A stretch of 64,000 nucleotides of DNA from Mobula hypostoma (Eukaryota): assembly GCF_963921235.1 (NCBI RefSeq), contig NC_086107.1, positions 105,774,001-105,838,000 on the forward strand. The letters are read 5' to 3'. Positions 13,941 to 25,887 of this stretch are shown in pieces; the first letter of the stretch is position 1, and every line of letters begins with the position of its first letter. The notes beneath the pieces were generated by a model that saw nothing but the letters and a program-made list of their open reading frames with translations, had not been told where the DNA came from and searched no databases. The position numbers and the translations under genes were made by a program.

Positions 13941-14371
13941 AGATATTAGGGGGCTTTTGCTTTTGCTAAGGCACTTGAGGGGAGGGGGTTGGTGGAGGGT
14001 TGATGTTTTGCTGCTGTTTATGTGTAGGAGGGGGGCTTTGGGTTTCCAATGTTTTCCTGTCATTCATTCTTTGGGGTTTTCTTCTGTTTTTGAGGCTGTC
14101 TGTGAAGAGTAAGAATTTCAGGTTGTATACCGTGTACATTCTCTGATATTAAGTGGAATCATTGAACCATTGATCAGTGATAAAATCTGTTTTTTTCTTC
14201 TCTGGGGATGATGCGGTAGTGTAGCAGTTAGGGTAATGCTAGCAAATACCAGTACTGTAACCCAGTTTCAATTCTGCACCCGGCTTCAACCCTGCCATTA
14301 TCTGGAAGGAATTTGTACTTTCTCCCTGTGACCATGTGGGATTCCTCCAGGTGCTCTGGTTTCCTCCTACG

Positions 14372-14714
14372 TTTGCTTGTTTGTTATGCGCCCTGTCATG
14401 TGACGTGGGCTTTCCATGACCATGATTGTTCTTGGCAAACCTTTCCACAGAAGTGGTTTGCCATGGCCTTCTTCTGGGCAGTGTCTTCACAAGACGGGTG
14501 ACCCAAGCCATTATCAATACTCTTCAGCGATTGTCTGCCTGGCGTTGGCGGTCACATAACCAAGGAGAACCATGCACCAGCTGCTCATACAACCATCCAC
14601 CACCTGCTCCCGTGGCTTGACGTGACCCTGATCGGGGTGGGGGTCTAAGCTAGTGCCCTTAATGGAGTGCCTTACACCTCCTTTGGTAGAAACGTATTTC
14701 AACCCTGCCACCCA
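14372..14714 (-). mobile_element. SINE-like element with RTE/BovB-type motif (duplicate 27559-27901)
   Basis: Minus-strand 'gaagaaggccatggcaaaccact' resembles the Bov-A/Sauria-SINE motif. Confidence 0.5.
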
Positions 14715-15105
14715 GTGATAATAGCGTTACACATTACAGTGCTCCACAAAACACACTGTTCACAGTTTCAAATTATAGCCCGCTCATTACTGTCTGTGTT
14801 AATGCACTCGAGCTCCTGGGGTGCCCTCCAGTTCCAGGATTCTTCCACTGTACTTGTGGTCCCTCTTCAGCGACACATGGGTATGGGCATAACCATGGAA
14901 AATGAGTAGGCATCAGTGGTAGACACACACAAAATACTGGAGGAACTCAACAGATCAGGCAGCATCTATGGACGTCAATAAACCATCAACATTTTGGCCA
15001 AGGCACTTCTTCAGAAGGGGGAAGATGCCAGAATAAAAAGGTGAGGGGGGAGGGGAAGGACAATAGCTAGAAGGTGATAGATGAAGCCAGGTGGGTTGGA
15101 AAGAT

Positions 15106-15709
15106 GGTTGGCATCTGTCTGTCTCGATGGACAATGGGTGATGATCATCATCACAAACCTGGGCTGAAAGTGTGGAGATCCTGAGATGCCCAGTCATCAA
15201 GATCCCCCTCTCGGCCTCATTGGTGTAGTCCAAAGGAAAGCTTATGAAGCAATACGTTTGGCACCAGCTTGGCAGCAGGAGCTGCTGGAAGGATGTTCAA
15301 CGACATCCAGCTGCCTTAGAGGCTCCACTCCGGATTTGCTTTCTGAGTTCACTTCCATAGCCTTCATCTCTCCTGAGGCTGCCCACAAGGCAGTGGGGCT
15401 GTTTACCCCTAGCTGGGGATCTGGTTCGTGAGCACTGGGGTGTGCTACGTGTTCAGGGGCCAGACCTCCTCCCCGTCCTCTGTAGTTCAGCCCGAGTCCG
15501 AAAGGAGTTCAGTTTCCGTGTGACGCCAGCGAGGAGGCACTGCGTGAGGCTTGTTGTTGGAGAGGCTGTGTACTGGCAGGGAGAGACTCACACATTCAGA
15601 TCTCCTTTTTAACAAGACTGCCAGCCAGCGGTGGAAGCTGAAAGTGAGATAACAAGCACTACCCGCTACACTACCACACTAGATGCATCTCAACAACCAA
15701 TCTGACACC
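15106..15709 (-). mobile_element. 604-bp non-autonomous retroelement, probably RTE-derived, with 13-bp TSD; duplicate 28293-28896
   Basis: Direct repeat GGGTTGGAAAGAT at 15093-15105 and 15710-15722; no credible ORF; contains an HDV-like fold. Confidence 0.75.
15477..15593 (-). ncRNA. HDV-like self-cleaving ribozyme (possibly decayed)
   Basis: P1 GUGUGAg/gUCACAC; P2 CCUCacGCAGU/ACUACaGAGG; P3-L3 GCC-UCCUCGCU-GGC; P1.1 GG; P4 CUGA-ac-UCC-UUUC-GGA-c-UCGG; J4/2 CUGA with catalytic C at 15490. Confidence 0.75.
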
Positions 15710-16189
15710 GGGTTGGAAAGATAAAGGGCTGGAAAAGAAGGAATCTAATAGGACAGGAGAGTGGACCACAGGAGAAAGAGAAGGAGAAGGAGGAAGGGAC
15801 CCAGAGGGAGGTGATAGGCAGATGAGAAGAGATAAGAGGCCACAGTGGGGAGTAGAAGAAGAGGGGAGGAGGAGGGAATATTTTTTACCAGAAGGAGAAA
15901 TCATTCAATATTCATGCCATTAGGTTGGAGGCTACCCAGACGGAATATAAGGTGTTGCTCCTCCACCCTGAGGGTGGCCCCATCTTGGCACAAGAGGAGG
16001 CCGTGGACGGTCCTGTCAGAACAGGATTGGGAGTTGGAGTGAAAATTTTGGACCACCGGGAAGTTCCACTTTTGGTGGATGGGGCGGAGGTGCTCGACAC
16101 AGTGGGCCCCCAGTTTACAACGGGTCCCACCCATGTGGAGAATGCTGCATCAGGAGCACGGGACACAATAGACGACCCCAGCAGATTCT

Positions 16190-19100
16190 CAGTGAGGCAC
16201 TCCCTCGGTACCGTCCCTCTGACAGTGAGACACTCCCTCAGTATTGTCCCTCTGACAGTGAGACACTCCCTCAGTATTGTCCCTCTGACAGTGAGACACT
16301 CCCTCAGTACTGTCCCTCTGGCAGTGAGACACTCCCTCAGTACTGTCCCTCCGACAGTGAGATTCTTCCTCAGTAGTGTCCCTCTGACAGTGAGACATCC
16401 CTCAGTACTGTCCCTCTGACAGTGAGACACTCCCTCAGTACTGTCCCTCTGATGGTATGGCATTCCCTCAGTACTGTCCCTCTGACAGTGAGACACTCCC
16501 TCAGTAATGTCCCTCTGACAGTGAGACTCTCCCTCAGTACTGTCCCTCCGACAGTGTGATACTCCCTCAGTACTGTCCCTCTGACAGTGAGACACTCCCT
16601 CAGTACTGTCCCTCTGATGGTAGGGCACTCCCTCTGTACTGTCCCTCCGACAGTGAGGCACTCCCTCAGTACTGTCCCTCCGCCAGTGAGACACTCCCTC
16701 AGTACTGTCCCTCTGACAGTGAGACACTCCCTCAGTACTGTCCGTCTGATGGTAGGGTACTCCCTGAGCACTGTTCCTCCGAAATTGAGGCACTCCCTCA
16801 GTACTGTCCCTCCGACAGTGAGACTTTCCCTCAGTACTGTCCCTCCGACAGTGTGACACTCCCTCAGTCATGTGCCTCCGACACTGAGACACTCCCTCAG
16901 TACTGTCACTCTGACAGTGAGACACTCCCTCAGTACTGTCCGTCTGACAGTGATACACTCCCTCAGTACTGACCCTCTGATGGTAGGGCACTCCCTCAGT
17001 ACTGTCCCTCCGACAGTGAGGCACTCCCTCAGTACTGTCCCTCCGACAGTGAGACACTCCCTCAGTACTGTTCCCCGACAGTGAGACACTCCCTAAGTAC
17101 TGCCCCTGTGACAGTGTGACACTCCTTCAGTACTGTCCCTCTGACAGTGAAACACTCCCTTAGTACTGTCCCTCCGACAGTGTGTCACTCCCTCAGTACT
17201 GTCCCTCTGACAGTGAGACACTCACTCAGTACTGTCCCTCTGATGGTAGGGAACTCCCTCAGTACTCTCCCTCCGACAGTGAGGCACTCCCTCAGTACAG
17301 TCCCTCCGACAGTGAGACACTCCCTCAGTACTGTCCATCTGATGGTAGGGCACTCCCTCAGTACTGTCCCTCCGACAGTGAGACACTCCCTCAGTACTGT
17401 CCCTCTGACAGTGAGATACTCCCTTAGTACTGTCCCTCTGACAGTGAGACACTCCCTCAGTACTGTCCCTCTGATGGTAGGGCACTCCCTCAGCACTGTC
17501 CCTCCGACAGTGAGGCACTCCCTCAGTACTGTCCCTCCGACAGTGAGAAACTTCCTCAGTACTGTCCCTCTGACAGTGAGACACTCCCTCTGTACTGTCC
17601 CTCTGATGGTAGGGCACTCCCTCAGCACTGTCTCTCCGACAGTGAGGCACTCCCTCAGTACTGTACCTCCGACAGTGAGACACTCCCTCAGTACTGTCCC
17701 TCCGACAGTGAGGCACTCCCTCAGTACTGTCCCTCCGACAGTGTGGCACTCCCTCAGTACTGTCCCTCCGACAGTGTGACACACCCTCAGTACCTCCCCT
17801 CTGACAGTGAGACACTCGCTCGGTACTGTACCTCTGACAGTGAGACACTCCCTCAGTACTGTCCCTCCGACAGTGAGATACTCCCTCAGTACTGTCCCTC
17901 TGACAGTGAGACACTCCCTCAGTATTGTCCCTCTGACAGTGAGACACTCCCTCAGTACTGTCCCTCTGGCAGTGAGACACTCCCTCAGTACTGTCCCTCC
18001 GACAGTGAGATTCTTCCTCAGTAGTGTCCCTCTGACAGTGAGACATCCCTCAGTACTGTCCCTCTGACAGTGAGACACTCCCTCAGTACTGTCCCTCTGA
18101 TGGTATGGCATTCCCTCAGTACTGTCCCTCTGACAGTGAGACACTCCCTCAGTAATGTCCCTCTGACAGTGAGACTCTCCCTCAGTACTGTCCCTCCGAC
18201 AGTGTGATACTCCCTCAGTACTGTCCCTCTGACAGTGAGACACTCCCTCAGTACTGTCCCTCTGATGGTAGGGCACTCCCTCAGTACTGTCCCTCCGACA
18301 GTGAGGCACTCCCTCAGTACTGTCCCTCCGCCAGTGAGACACTCCCTCAGTACTGTCCCTCTGACAGTGAGACACTCCCTCAGTACTGTCCGTCTGATGG
18401 TAGGGTACTCCCTGAGCACTGTTCCTCCGAAATTGAGGCACTCCCTCAGTACTGTCCCTCCGACAGTGAGACTTTCCCTCAGTACTGTCCCTCCGACAGT
18501 GTGACACTCCCTCAGTCATGTGCCTCCGACACTGAGACACTCCCTCAGTACTGTCACTCTGACAGTGAGACACTCCCTCAGTACTGTCCCTCCGACAGTG
18601 AGATACTCCCTCAGTACTGTCCCTCTGATAGTGAGACACTCCCTCAGTACTGTCCCTCTGACAGTGAGTCACTCCCTCAGTACTGTCCCTCTGACAGTGA
18701 AACACTCCCTCAGTACTGTCCGTCTGACAGTGAGACACTCCCTCAGTACTGTCCCCCCGATGGTAGGGCACTCCCTCAGTACTGTCCCTCCGACACTGAG
18801 ACACTCCCTCAGTACTGTCCCTCCGACAGTGAGATACTCCCTTAGTACTGTTCCTCCGACAGTGAGACACTCCCTCAGTACTGTCCCTGTGACAGTGTGA
18901 CACTCCTTCAGTACTGTCCCTCTGACAGTGAGACACTCCCTCAGTATTGTCCCTCCGACAGTGTGACACTCCCTCAGTACTGTCCCTCTGACAGTGAGAC
19001 ACTCACTCAGTACTGTCCCTCTGATGGTAGGGCACTCCCTCAGTACTCTCCCTCCGACAGTGAGGCACTCCCTCAGTACTGTCCCACCGACAGTGAGACA

Positions 19101-22100
19101 CTCCCTCAGTACTGTCCCTCTGATGGTAGGGCACTCCCTCAGTACTGTCCATCTGACAGTGAGACACTAACTCAGTACTGTCCCTCTGACAGTGAGACAC
19201 TCCCTCAGTACTGTCCCTCCGACAGTGAGATACTCCCTCAGTACTGTCCCTCTGATGGTAGGGCACTCCCTCAGTACTGTCCCTATGACAGTGAGACACT
19301 CACTCAGTACTGTCCCTCTGATGGTAGGGCACTCCCTCAGTACTCTCCCTCCGACAGTGAGGCACTCCCTCAGTACTGTCCCTCCGACAGTGAGACACTC
19401 CCTCAGTACTGTCCCTCTGATGGTAGGGCACTCCCTCAGCACTGTCCCTCCGACAGTGAGGCACTCCGTCAGTACTGTCCCTCCGACAGTGAGACACTCC
19501 CTCAGTACTGTCCCTCCGATAGTGAGACACTCCCTCAGTACTGTCCCTCTGACAGTGAGACACTCCCTCAGTACTGTCCCTCCGATAGTGAGACACTCCC
19601 TCAGTACTGTCCCTCTGACAGTGTGACACTCCCTCAGTACTGTCCCTCTCACAGTGTGATACTCCCTCAGTACCTCCCCTCTGACAGTGAGACACTCCCT
19701 CAGTACTGTCCCTCCGACAGTGAGATACTCCCTCTGAACAGTCCCTCTGACAGTGAGACACTCCCTCAGTACTGTTCCTTTGACAGTGAGACACTCCCTC
19801 AGTACTGTCCCTCTGACAGTGTGACACTCCCTCAGTCCCGTCCCTCTGACAGTGAGACACTCCCTCAGTACTGTCCCTCCGACAGTGAGATACTCCCTCA
19901 GTACTGTCCCTCTGACAGTGAGACACTCCCTCAGTACTGTCCCTCTGACAGTGAGACACTCCCTCAGTACTGTCCCTCTGATGGTATGGCACTCCCTCAG
20001 TACTGTCCCACTGACAGTGAGACACTCCCTCAGTAATGTCCCTCTGACAGTGAGACTCTCCCTCAGTACTGTCCCTCCGACAGTGAGATACTCCCTCAGT
20101 ACTGTCCCTCTGACAGTGAGACACTCCCTCAGTACTGTCCCTCTGATGGTAGGGCACTCCCTCAGTACTGTCCCTCCGACAGTGAGGCACTCCCTCAGTC
20201 CTGTCCCTCCGACAGTGAGACACTCCCTCAGTACTGTCCCTCTGACAGTGAGACACTCCCTCAGTACTGTCCGTCTGATGGTAGGGCACTCCCTGAGCAC
20301 TGTTCCTCCGAAATTGAGGCACTCCCTCAGTACTGTCCCTCCGACAGTGAGACTTTCCCTCAGTACTGTCCCTCCGACAGTGTGACACTCCCTGAGTCAT
20401 GTGCCTCCGACACTGAGACACTCCCTCAGTACTGTCCCTCTGACAGTGAGACACTCCCTCAGTACTGTCCCTCCGACAGTGAGATACTCCCTCAGTACTG
20501 TCCCTCTGATAGTGAGACACTCCCTCAGTACTGTCCCTCTGACAGTGAGACACTCCCTCAGTACTGTCCCTCTGACAGTGAGACACTCCCTCAGTACTGT
20601 CCGTCTGACAGTGAGACACTCCCTCAGTACTGTCCCTACGACAGTGAGATTCTCCCTCAGTACTGTCCCTCTGACAGTGAGACACTCCCTCAGTACTGTC
20701 CCTCTGATGGTAGGGCACTCCCTCAGTACTGTCCCTCCGACAGTGAGGCACTGCCTCAGTACTGTCCCTCCGACAGTGAGACACTCCCTCAGTACTGTCC
20801 CTCTGACAGTGAGACACTCCCTCAGTACTGTCCGTCTGACAGTGAGACACTCCCTCAGTACTGTCCCTACGACAGTGAGATACTCCCTCAGTACTGTCCC
20901 TCTGATGGTAGGGCACTCCCTCAGACCTGTCCCTCCGACAGTGAGGCACTCCCTCAGTACTGTCCCTCCGACAGTGAGACACTCCCTCAGTACTGTCCCT
21001 CTGACAGTGAGACACTCCTTCAGTACTGTCCGTCTGATGGTAGGGCACTCCCTGAGCACTGTTCCTCCGAAATTGAGGCACTCCCTCAGTAGTGTCCCTC
21101 CGACAGTGAGACTTTCCCTCAGTACTGTCCCTCCGACAGTGTGACACTCCCTGAGTCATGTGCCTCCGACACTGAGACACTCCCTCAGTACTGTCCCTCT
21201 GACAGTGAGACACTCCCTCAGTACTGTCCCTCCGACAGTGAGATACTCCCTCAGTACTGTCCCTCTGATAGTGAGACACTCCCTCAGTACTGTCCCTCTG
21301 ACAGTGAGACACTCCCTCAGTACTGTCCCTCTGACAGTGAGACACTCCCTCATTACTGTCCGTCTGACAGTGAGACACTCCCTCAGTACTGTCCCCCTGA
21401 TGGTAGGGCACTCCCTCAGTACTGTCCCTCCGACACTGAGACACTCCCTCAGTACTGTCTTTCCGACAGTGAGATACTCCCTTAGTACTGTTCCTCCGAG
21501 AGTGAGATACTCCCTCAGTACTGTCCCTGTGACAGTGTGACACTCCTTCAGTACTGTCCCTCTGACAGTGAGACACTCCCTCAGTACTGTCCCTCCGACA
21601 GTGTGACACTCCCTCAGTACTGTCCCTCTGATGGTAGGGCACTCCCTCAGTACTCTCCCTCCGACAGTGAGGCACTCCCTCAGTACTGTCCCTCCGACAG
21701 TGAGACACTCCCTCAGTACTGTCCCTCTGATGGCAGGGCACTCCCTCAGTACTGTCCATCCGACAGTGAGACACTAACTCAGTACTGTCCCTCTGACAGT
21801 GAGACACTCCCTCAGTACTGTCCCTCCGACAGTGAGATACTCCCTCAGTACTGTCCCTCTGACAGTGAGACACTCCCTCAGTACTGTCTCTCTGATGGTA
21901 GGGCACTCCCTCAGCACTGTCCCTCCGACAGTGAGGCACTCCCTCAGTACTGTCCCTCCGACAGTGAGACACTCCCTCAGTACTGTCCCTCCGATAGTGA
22001 GACACTCCCTCAGTACTGTCCCTCTGACAGTGAGACACTCCCTCAGTACTGTCCCTCCGATAGTGAGACACTCCCTCATTACTGTCCCTCTGACAGTGTG

Positions 22101-25100
22101 ACACTCCCTCAGTACTGTCCCTCTCACAGTGTGATACTCCCTCAGTACCGTCCCTCCGACAGTGAGATACTCCCTCAGTACCTCCCCTCTGACAGTGAGA
22201 CACTCCCTCAGTACTGTCCCTCCGACAGTGAGATACTCCCTCAGAACAGTCCCTCTGACAGTGAGACACTCCCTCAGTACTGTTCCTTTGACAGTGAGAC
22301 ACTCCCTCAGTACTGTCCCTCTGACAGTGTGACACTCCCTCAGTCCCGTCCCTCTGACAGTGAGACACTCCCTCAGTACTGTCCCTCCGACAGTGAGATA
22401 CTCCCTCAGTACTGTCCCTCTGACAGTGAGACACTCCCTCAGTACTGTCCCTCCGACAGAGAGATACTCCCTCAGTACTGTCCGTCTGATGGTAGGGCAC
22501 TCCCTGAGCACTGTTCCTCCGACATTGAGGCACTCCCTCAGTACTGTCCCTCCGACAGTGAGACTTTCCCTCAGTACTGTCCCTCCGACAGTGTGACACT
22601 CCCTCAGTCATGTGCCTCCGACACTGAGACACTCCCTCAGTACTGTCCCTGTGACAGTGTGACACTCCTTCAGTACTGTCCCTCCGACAGTGAGATACTC
22701 CCTCAGTACTGTCCCTCTGACAGTGAGACACTCCCTTAGTACTTTCCCTCCGACAGTGAGACACTCCCTCGGTACTGTCCCTCTGACAGTGAGATACTCC
22801 CTCGGTACCGTCTCTTTGACAGTGAGACACTCCCTCGGTACCGTCCCTCCGAGACTGAGACACTTCCTCGGTACTGTCCCTCCGACAGTGAGATACTCCC
22901 TCAGTACTGTCCCTCTGACAGTGAGACACTCCCTCAGTACTGTTCCTCTGATGGTAGGGCACTCCCTCAGTACTGTCCCTCCGACAGTGAGGCACTCCCT
23001 CAGTACTGTCCCTCCGACAGTGAGACACTCCCTCAGTACTGTCCCTCTGACAGTGAGACACTCCCTCGGTACTGTCCCTCTGACAGTGAGACACTCCCTC
23101 GGTACCGTCCCTCCGACAGTGAGACACTCCCTCAGTCCTGTCCCTCTGACAGTGAGACATTCCCTCAGTACTGTTCCTCTGATGGTAGGGCACTCCCTCA
23201 GTACTGTCCCTCCGACAGTGAGGCACTCCCTCAGTACTGTCCCTCTGATAGTGAGACACTCCCTCAGTACTGTCCCTCCGACAGTGAGATACTCCCTCAG
23301 TACTGTCCCTCTGACAGTGAGACACTCCCTCAGTACTGTCCCTCTGACAGTGAGACACTCCCTCAGTACTGTCCCTCCGACAGTGAGGCACTCCCTCAGT
23401 GCTGTCCCTCCGAGAGTGAGACACTCCCTCAGTACTGTTCCTCCGAGAGTGAGACACTCCCTCAGTACTGTCCCTCTGACAGTGTGACACTCCTTCAGTA
23501 CTGTCCCTCTGACACTGAGACACTCCCTCAGTACTGTCCCTTCGGCAGTGTGACACTCCCTCAGTACTGTCCCTCTGACAGTGAGACACTCCCTCAGTAC
23601 TGTCCCTCTGATGGTAGGGCACTCCCTCAGTACTGTCCCTCAGACAGTGAGGCACTCCCTCAGTACTGTCTCTCCGACAGTGAGACACTCCCTCAGTACT
23701 GTCCCTCTGATGGTAGGGCCCTCCCTCAGTACTGTCCCTCCGACAGTGAGACACTCCCTCAGTACTGTCCCTCTGACAGTGAGACACTCCCTCAGTACTG
23801 TCCCTCCGACAGTGAGATACTCCCTCAGTACTGTCCCTCTGATAGTGATACACTCCCTCAGTACTGTCCCTCTGACAGTGAGACACTCACTCAGTACTGT
23901 CCCTCTGACAGTGAGATACTCTCTCAGTCCTGTCCCTCTGACAGTGTGACACTCCCTGAGTACTGTCCCTCTGACAGTGAGACACTCCCTCAGTACTGTC
24001 CCTCCGATAGTGAGACACTGCCGCAGTACTGTCCCTCTGACAGTGAGGCACTCCCTCAGTACTGTCCCTCTGACAGTGAGACAGTCCCTCAGTACTGTCC
24101 CTCCGACAGTGAGATACTCCCTCAGTACTGTCCCTCTGACAGTGAGACACTCCCTCAGTACTGTCCCTCTGACAGTGAGACATTCCCTCAGTACTGTCCC
24201 TCTGATGATAGGGCACTCCGTCAGTACTGTCCCTCCGACAGTGAGACACTCCCTCAGTACTGTCCCTCTGACAGTTTGACACTCCCTCGGTACCGCCCCT
24301 CGACAGTGAGACACTCTCTCAGTACCGTCCCTCTGCCAGTGAGACACTCCCTCAGTACTGTCCCTCCGACAGTGAGATACTCCCTCAGTACTGTCCCTCT
24401 GACAGTGAGACACTCCCTCAGTACTGTTCCTCTGATGGTAGGGCACTCCCTCAGTACTGTCCCTCCGACAGTGAGGCTTCCCTCAGTACTGTCCCTCCGA
24501 CAGTGAGACACTCCCTCAGTACTGTCCCTCTGACAGTGAGACACTCCCTCGGCACCGTCCCTCCGACAGTGAGACACTCCCTCAGTACCGTCCCTCTGCC
24601 AGTGAGGCACTCCCTCGGTACTGTCCCTCCGACAGTGAGACACTCCCTCGGTACTGTCCCTCTGACAGTGTGACACTCCCTCGGTACTGTCCCTCTGACA
24701 GTGAGACACTCCCTTAGTACTTTCCCTCCGACAGTGAGACAATCCCTCAGTACTGTCCCTCTGACAGTGAGATACTCCCTCGGTACCGTCCCTTTGACAG
24801 TGAGACACTCCCTCGGTTCCGTCCCTCCGACACTGAGACACTTCCTCGGTACTGTCCCTCCGACAGTGAGACACTCCCTCAGTACTGTCCCTCTGAGAGT
24901 GTGACACTCCCTCAGTACTGTCCCTCCGACAGTGAGATACTCCCTCAGTACTGTCCCTCTGACAGTGAGACACTCCCTCAGTACTGTTCCTCTGATGGTA
25001 GGGCACTCCCTCAGTACTGTCCCTCCGTCAGTGAGGCACTCCCTCAGTACTGTCCCTCCGACAGTGAGACAGTCCCTCAGTACTGTCCCTCTGACAGTGA

Positions 25101-25887
25101 GACACTCCCTCGGTACTGTCCCTCTGACAGTGAGACACTCCCTCGGTACCGTCCCTCCGACAGTGAGACACTCCCTCAGTCCTGTCCCTCTGACAGTGAG
25201 ACATTCCCTCAGTACTGTTCCTCTGATGGTAGGGCACTCCCTCAGTACTGTCCCTCCGACAGTGAGGCACTCCCTCAGTACTGTCCCTCTGACAGTGAGA
25301 CACTCCCTCAGTACTGTCCCTCTGACAGTGAGACACTCCCTCAGTACTGTCCCTCCGACAGTGAGGCACTCCCTCAGTGCTGTCCCTCCGAGAGTGAGAC
25401 ACTCCCTCAGTACTGTCCCTCTGACAGTGTGACACTCCTTCAGTACTGTCCCTCTGACACTGAGACACTCCCTCAGTACTGTCCCTTCGGCAGTGTGGCA
25501 CTCCCTCAGTACTGTCCCTCTGACAGTGAGACACTCCCTCAGTACTGTCCCTCTGATGGTAGGGCACTCCCTCAGTACCGTCCCTCCGCCAGTGAGGCAC
25601 TCCCTCGGTACTCTCCCTCCGACAGTGAGACACTCCCTCGGTACTGTCCCTCTGACTGTGTGACACTCCCTTAGTACCGTCCCTCCGACAGTGAGACACT
25701 CCCTCAGTACTTTCCCTCTGACAGTGAGACACTCCCTCGGTACCGTCCCTCTGACAGTGAGACACTCCCTCGGTACCGTCCCTCCGACAGTGAGACACTC
25801 CCTCGGTACTGTCCCTCCGACAGTGAGACACTCCCTCGGTACTGTCCCTCCGACAGTGATACACTCCCTCAGTACTGTCCCTCTGAT
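16190..25887. repeat. 33-bp minisatellite array 2 (~294 units)
   Basis: Same unit; order of variant units nearly identical to 3085-12700. Confidence 0.99.

Larger units (their letters stand above)
14920..16188 (-). mobile_element. Degenerate PLE 3' part (GIY-YIG C-terminus + 3' UTR), interrupted by insert 15106-15709; duplicate 28107-29375
   Basis: ORF 15901-16134 '...HFLRLGSLQPNGMNIE'-type ending 'EQHLIFRLGSLQPNGMNIE' is homologous to the GIY-YIG ORFs at 35346 and 36956; pLTR-end motif at 14925-14970. Confidence 0.85.

Noticed and set aside
15590..15709. Second HDV-like ribozyme at the 5' end of the 604-bp insert (AGC-UUCCACC-GCU)
   Set aside because: P1, P1.1 and P2 pairings are not convincing by eye; it needs a family consensus.
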